A DNA stretch of 32,000 nucleotides from an uncultured Actinomycetes bacterium. GTDB taxonomy: Bacteria > Actinomycetota > Actinomycetes > S36-B12 > CAIYMF01. The notes beneath the pieces are model-generated. The model made no database searches, had not been told where the DNA came from, and saw nothing but the letters and a program-made list of their open reading frames with translations. Position numbers and translations under genes: made by a program. The stretch lies in NCBI GenBank assembly GCA_963843975.1, contig CAWJMG010000003.1:1890001-1922000 (forward strand). Direction: 5' to 3'. Positions 27,743 through 32,000 of the stretch are shown piece by piece; position 1 is the first letter of the stretch; every line of letters begins with the position of its first letter.

Positions 27743-28909
27743 TCAGAGGGTGGCGAGGTCGACGGGCTTGGAGTCCAGCGGTGCCCGCCAGGCGGTGGAG
27801 CGGCGCCAGTAGAGGTAGGTCACCAGGCCGATCGGGATGGGCACGAGGAACGTCGCGAGGCGGTACAGCAGCACCGCGGCGAGGACGGCGGCCTGCGCCG
27901 ACTCGGGCGCGGCCCACGACAGGACGCTCACCAGCACCACCTCGGCGACGCCGAGACCGCCGGGGGTCGGTACGAGCAGCGACGCGAACGTCGCGAGCCC
28001 GTACGCCGTCATCGCGAGCCCCCAGGTGACCGTGCCGCCGAGGCCCTGCATGACGCAGGCGATGTACAGGATCGAGCCGGCCGTCAGCAGCGACACGATC
28101 ATCGCCACCGTGAGCCGGCCCCACCGGACCCGCAGGAGCCCCACCATGCCGGCGCGGAAGCGCGGGACGTCGTCGACGAAGTGCGTGTGCGTCGGGTGCC
28201 GCACCCAGGACGTGACGCGGGTGAGGAACGAGTCGACGAAGCGCCCGAGCCGCAGCGCGAAGCCCTCGCTCCGCAGCACCAGCATGAGCAGCACGACGGC
28301 GACGGCGACCAGGGCGGCGAGCAGCAGCGCCCAGCCGCCGGCACCGCTCGGTGCCGTGCCCTGCAGGACGACGAGGGCGAGCGTCAGCACGAGCAGCACG
28401 TACTTCGTGAGCTGCGACCAGGTGCCCGTCACGAGGATCTCGGAGGTGATGTCGCGGATCGTGAAGCCCCACGAGCGCAGCATCGCGACGTTGAGCGCAG
28501 TCGCGACGGCACCGCCCTCCGGCACGGTGTTCGAGAGGGCCGCCGACGCCGTGTTCGTCACGGCTGCCTCGCGCAGCCGGAGGCCGGGCAGCGCGATCGT
28601 GATCGGGGGCCAGTTGGTGGCGAGGTTGACGACACCGAGCACCACCATGGCCGCGACCTGGCCCGGCTGGATCAGTGCCAGCGCATCGCCGATGCCACCG
28701 CTGCTGCGCAGCTGCTTGACGAGGAACCAGAGGGCCAGGACGACGACGCCGTAGGTCAGCACGCCGGACAGCAGCCGTCGACCGAGGCTGCGGGGCGGGC
28801 TGCCGACGAGTGCGTCGACGTCCTCAGGGGTCGGGTCCGACGGCCCGAGCGCTCCGAGCGGCTCGCTGGTCACCTCGTCCTCCCCCACGCCGTCGCGGCG
28901 CGTCCGCAT
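27743..28909 (-). CDS. Flippase-like / lysylphosphatidylglycerol-synthase-TM-domain (UPF0104-type) membrane protein
   Basis: 388 aa with about 8 TM segments after a ~45-aa acidic N-terminus. The general pattern matches LPG_synthase_TM-type proteins; the assignment is from overall architecture only. Confidence 0.65.
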   Translation of the reverse strand: MRTRRDGVGEDEVTSEPLGALGPSDPTPEDVDALVGSPPRSLGRRLLSGVLTYGVVVLALWFLVKQLRSSGGIGDALALIQPGQVAAMVVLGVVNLATNWPPITIALPGLRLREAAVTNTASAALSNTVPEGGAVATALNVAMLRSWGFTIRDITSEILVTGTWSQLTKYVLLVLTLALVVLQGTAPSGAGGWALLLAALVAVAVVLLMLVLRSEGFALRLGRFVDSFLTRVTSWVRHPTHTHFVDDVPRFRAGMVGLLRVRWGRLTVAMIVSLLTAGSILYIACVMQGLGGTVTWGLAMTAYGLATFASLLVPTPGGLGVAEVVLVSVLSWAAPESAQAAVLAAVLLYRLATFLVPIPIGLVTYLYWRRSTAWRAPLDSKPVDLATL

Positions 28910-28951
28910 CCCGACCCGACCACCGTATCCGGGTCGACGACGGGATCCCTG

Positions 28952-29476
28952 TCAGACCGGCAGCACCAGGTCGAGCCATCGTTCTGCCGCCGCCGGATCG
29001 CGCAGCCGCACCTTGCGGACATCGGCGTACGCCGGATCCTCGAACCGACGCCGCGTGTCACGCCTGCGCAGGGCGTACGACCGCATCGACCACTGCACGG
29101 GGTGCTCGGGGTCGAGCCAGGACCGGAACGTCTCGGTGTTGCCGTTGAACGCCTCGGTGCCGTGAGCCGCGCGGTCGTAGGACCGGCGGAGCACACGGCC
29201 GAGGACGACCGGGCGCGAGTAGTCGAGCCACACCACCGTGTCCACGCGCGACCAGACGAGGTCGCGGACCTCCTTGTATCCGAACGAGTCGAAGACCCAC
29301 TGCTCGCCTGCGCAGATCGCGGCGACGTCGTCCTCGAACGACTCCAGCCTCGTCCAGCCGGGCCCGTGGTAGAGCGAGTCCATCTGGTGGTGAGGCAGCC
29401 CGGACCGACGCGCGAGCTCGCGGGCGAAGGTGGTCTTCCCCGAGCCGCTGACCCCGCCCACCAGCACCCTCCGCAC
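28952..29476 (-). CDS. P-loop NTPase/kinase (adenylate-kinase-like, topology-modulation-protein-like)
   Basis: 174 aa from GTG 29476. N-terminal Walker A VLVGGVSGSGKTTFARELA. The rest of the 610-aa track ORF is Arg-rich shadow. Confidence 0.7.
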   Translation of the reverse strand: MRRVLVGGVSGSGKTTFARELARRSGLPHHQMDSLYHGPGWTRLESFEDDVAAICAGEQWVFDSFGYKEVRDLVWSRVDTVVWLDYSRPVVLGRVLRRSYDRAAHGTEAFNGNTETFRSWLDPEHPVQWSMRSYALRRRDTRRRFEDPAYADVRKVRLRDPAAAERWLDLVLPV

Positions 29477-29529
29477 GCCGACGACCCTAGCCGCGCTGGC
29501 CGTGACCGCGGACGACGTCGACCCGTGGA

Positions 29530-32000
29530 TCACCCGACGAGCAGCGCCTCGAGCTCGTCCCGGGTGAGCAGGCCCGGAGGCCGCACGACCGAGCCGTCGC
29601 GCACGTAGACGAAGGCGGCGTCGACCTGCTCGACAGGTACGCCGACGACCTCGGCGTACGCCACGCGGTAGACCGCGAGCTGCAGCGGGTCGGCGCTCTG
29701 GCGCTTCGAGGTCTTCCAGTCGACGACGTCGTAGGTGGTGACACCATCGGCATCGGTGTCGGCGAAGACGGCGTCGATGCGGCCCGGCACGACACGTCCC
29801 CCGAGGACGAGCGAGAACGGCACCTCGATGGCCACCGGCACCCGCGCCGCCCACGGGCTCGCGAGGAACGCCGCGCGCATCGACTCGAGGGCCTCGTCGG
29901 TGTCGTCGTCGAGACCGTCGGCAGCACCCGGCAGGTCGTCGGGCTCGAGCAGCGGGCGTACGCCGTAGTGCGCCTCGACCCAGGCGTGGAAGCGCGTGCC
30001 ACGACGCGCCGCCTGGGCCGGAGCGCCGGGCACCGGCCGCGCGAGGCGACGGGCGAACGCGTCCGGATCGGCCGCCAGGCGCACGAGGTCGGACGTCGAC
30101 AGCGACGACGGCACCGGCACGACGCGCGTGGCCGATCGCTCGGACCGCTTCTCCTCGAGCAGCAGTGCGATGTCGTCGTCCCAGCCGACGACGGTCTCGA
30201 GGTACGACGCGTCGAGGCCGAGCAGCGGCGACACGCCCTCGACCACGGCGAGGTCGACGTGCTCGCGCATGAGCGCCTGGATGTCGGTGCCGATCCCGGC
30301 CAGCACCGCGTCGGCCGCGCCCCGGCGAGCCTCGAGCGCGGCAGCGTCGGGCACCACCGGCCACGCCACCTCGACCACGTCGTCGAGCACCGGGTTGCTG
30401 GCGTCGTCGTCGGGCTCGTCGGCCCAGGCCGCCACCGCGCCCGCGCCGTCGAGCGCCGACTCGCGCAGGAGGTCGAGGTACGCAGACGGGCCGCGCACCT
30501 TCTTCTGCCGCGGCCCCCACCACGACGACGAGGCGACGAGCAGACGCTTGGCGCGCGTGAGCGCGACATAGGCGAGGCGGCGCTCCTCGAGCTCGTCGCC
30601 CGCACGGCAGGCGTCCTTGAAGGCGTCGAAGTCCTTCTTGGTGAAGCCGTCGAGGCGGGGCAGCGCACCGACGTCGCCTCGCAGCGGGTACGGCAACGTC
30701 TTGGCGTGCTCGGGCCAGCGCGACCGACCACGCGCGCTCGGGAAGACGCCGGCCGTGACGGACGGCAGGACGACGACCGGCCACTCGAGCCCCTTGGCCT
30801 TGTGCACGGTCATGAGCTGCACCGCGTCGCGCGACGCCGGGCGCTCGAGCTCGGGCACCTTGTCGAAGCGCTCGGCCAGCCGGAGCCAGGCGAGGAACGC
30901 CACGACCGACGACTCCCCCTCGGCGTCCTGGAAGGCAGCCACGAGGTCGACGAACGCCGCGAGCGCGTCGGCACGGCGCTGCACCAGCAGCTCGGGCGAG
31001 GCCGCGAGCTCGACGTCGAGGCCGATGGTGGTGACGACGCGATGCACGAGATCGGGCAGGGGGTCGCCGACGCTGCGCCGCAGCGACCGGATCTCGGCGG
31101 CGAGGGCCGCGAACCGGCGCAGCGCGTCGTCGCCGTACGGGAGCTCGCCCGGATCGTCGAGCGCGTCGAGCAGCGACACGACGTCGGCTGGGTCGGTGCC
31201 GCCCACGGCGTCGTCGAGCTGCTGCTGCAGGTCGCGCCCCTCACCGAACGACCGGCCGCCGGTGAGCTGCCGCGCCCGCCGGCCGAGCAGGGCGAGATCG
31301 CGCGGGCCGATCCGCCAGCGGGGGCCGGCGAGCAGCCGCACGAGCGCTGGGTTGGCGGTGGAGTCGTGCAGCACGTCGAGGACCGCGAGCACCTCGGCCA
31401 CCTCAGGCACCGCGAGCAGGCCGTCGACGCCGCGCACCTCGAACGGCACGCCGCGGTCGGTCAGGGCGGCCATCACCGGCGGCAGGTCGACCCCGCCGCG
31501 GACGAGCAGCGCGATGTCGCCCGGAGGCGTGCCGAGCGCGATCTCGCCCACGACCTGGTCGGCGATCCAGTCGATCTCCTCGGCGTACGTGGTGTGCAGT
31601 GCCACGCGCACGGCGCCGGCGGGCTTGTCAGGGTCGGCCGCGACGAGCGGCGCCACCTGCGGGTGCAGTGCGCGCAGCGTGCCTGCCACCAGGTTGGCGG
31701 AGTCGAGGATGCTGCTGCCCGAGCGGCGGTTCTCGGCCAGCGTGAGCTCGAGCGCGCGGACGCCGTCGGACGGCGCGAAGTGCACAGGGAAGTCGTCGAT
31801 GTTGGCCACGCTCGCCCCGCGCCAGCCGTAGATGGCCTGCAGCGGGTCGCCGACGGCGGTGACGGGGTGGCCGCCGCCGAACAGGCCGGTGAGCAGCCGT
31901 CGCTGGGCGACCGAGGTGTCCTGGTACTCGTCGAGCAGCACGACGGCGAACTGCTCGCGCAGCGCTTCGCCGACCTCGGGGCACTCCTCCGCGAGCTGCG
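29530..32000 (-). CDS. adnB: UvrD-family helicase with C-terminal RecB-type nuclease (AdnB-like), 5' end outside window
   Basis: LLDEYQDTS (motif II), VHKAKGLEWPVV and YVALTRAK, then the nuclease motif GRIDAVF...YDVVDWKTSK. The frame stays open to the window edge. adnB rather than adnA is inferred only from its position next to nudC, as in M. tuberculosis. Confidence 0.8.
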   Translation of the reverse strand, partial: QLAEECPEVGEALREQFAVVLLDEYQDTSVAQRRLLTGLFGGGHPVTAVGDPLQAIYGWRGASVANIDDFPVHFAPSDGVRALELTLAENRRSGSSILDSANLVAGTLRALHPQVAPLVAADPDKPAGAVRVALHTTYAEEIDWIADQVVGEIALGTPPGDIALLVRGGVDLPPVMAALTDRGVPFEVRGVDGLLAVPEVAEVLAVLDVLHDSTANPALVRLLAGPRWRIGPRDLALLGRRARQLTGGRSFGEGRDLQQQLDDAVGGTDPADVVSLLDALDDPGELPYGDDALRRFAALAAEIRSLRRSVGDPLPDLVHRVVTTIGLDVELAASPELLVQRRADALAAFVDLVAAFQDAEGESSVVAFLAWLRLAERFDKVPELERPASRDAVQLMTVHKAKGLEWPVVVLPSVTAGVFPSARGRSRWPEHAKTLPYPLRGDVGALPRLDGFTKKDFDAFKDACRAGDELEERRLAYVALTRAKRLLVASSSWWGPRQKKVRGPSAYLDLLRESALDGAGAVAAWADEPDDDASNPVLDDVVEVAWPVVPDAAALEARRGAADAVLAGIGTDIQALMREHVDLAVVEGVSPLLGLDASYLETVVGWDDDIALLLEEKRSERSATRVVPVPSSLSTSDLVRLAADPDAFARRLARPVPGAPAQAARRGTRFHAWVEAHYGVRPLLEPDDLPGAADGLDDDTDEALESMRAAFLASPWAARVPVAIEVPFSLVLGGRVVPGRIDAVFADTDADGVTTYDVVDWKTSKRQSADPLQLAVYRVAYAEVVGVPVEQVDAAFVYVRDGSVVRPPGLLTRDELEALLVG

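Overview
Very GC-rich, gene-dense actinobacterial chromosomal DNA. Third codon positions are almost all G/C, and many long Arg/Ala/Pro-rich ORFs in the track are shadow-frame artefacts. I found no rRNA, tRNA, CRISPR array, transposase or integrase, and about 30 credible protein genes. The backbone is the conserved actinobacterial neighbourhood whiB7 - uvrD2 - mycoredoxin ... nudC ... adnB, as I recall it from M. tuberculosis Rv3197A-Rv3202c. Four blocks interrupt it: (i) furA-katG; (ii) a minus-strand N-acetylglucosamine/chitobiose cluster (nagA, ROK repressor, lipoprotein SBP, two ABC permeases, GH3 hexosaminidase, ROK kinase, nagB); (iii) an AraC-HTH/VOC pair; (iv) a mixed block of M20 dipeptidase, acyltransferase-3, EEP hydrolase, alpha/beta hydrolase, flippase-like membrane protein and P-loop kinase. 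The left end carries a partial GNAT, a divergent family-1 UNG-like glycosylase, a PhyH dioxygenase/AraC divergent pair, a small Zn-ribbon protein and an AP-superfamily phosphodiesterase. The most interesting signals are listed here. First, the whiB7 locus has a strong-SD 68-codon uORF, an intrinsic terminator and a C-rich leader (candidate attenuator); WhiB7 also has a long C-terminal extension and an ATGA-coupled downstream ORF. Second, a perfect 21-bp AT-rich palindrome overlaps the promoter of the ROK repressor. Third, a 57-nt near-perfect, low-GC hairpin lies between the acyltransferase and EEP genes. Fourth, a 49-nt inverted repeat lies after the phosphodiesterase gene. Fifth, three independent single-nucleotide frame disruptions affect the GH3, ROK kinase and alpha/beta hydrolase genes; these are either real pseudogenes or assembly indels. 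I see no convincing novel multi-gene defence or biosynthetic system. All calls come from reading the sequence and translations by eye; no searches were run.
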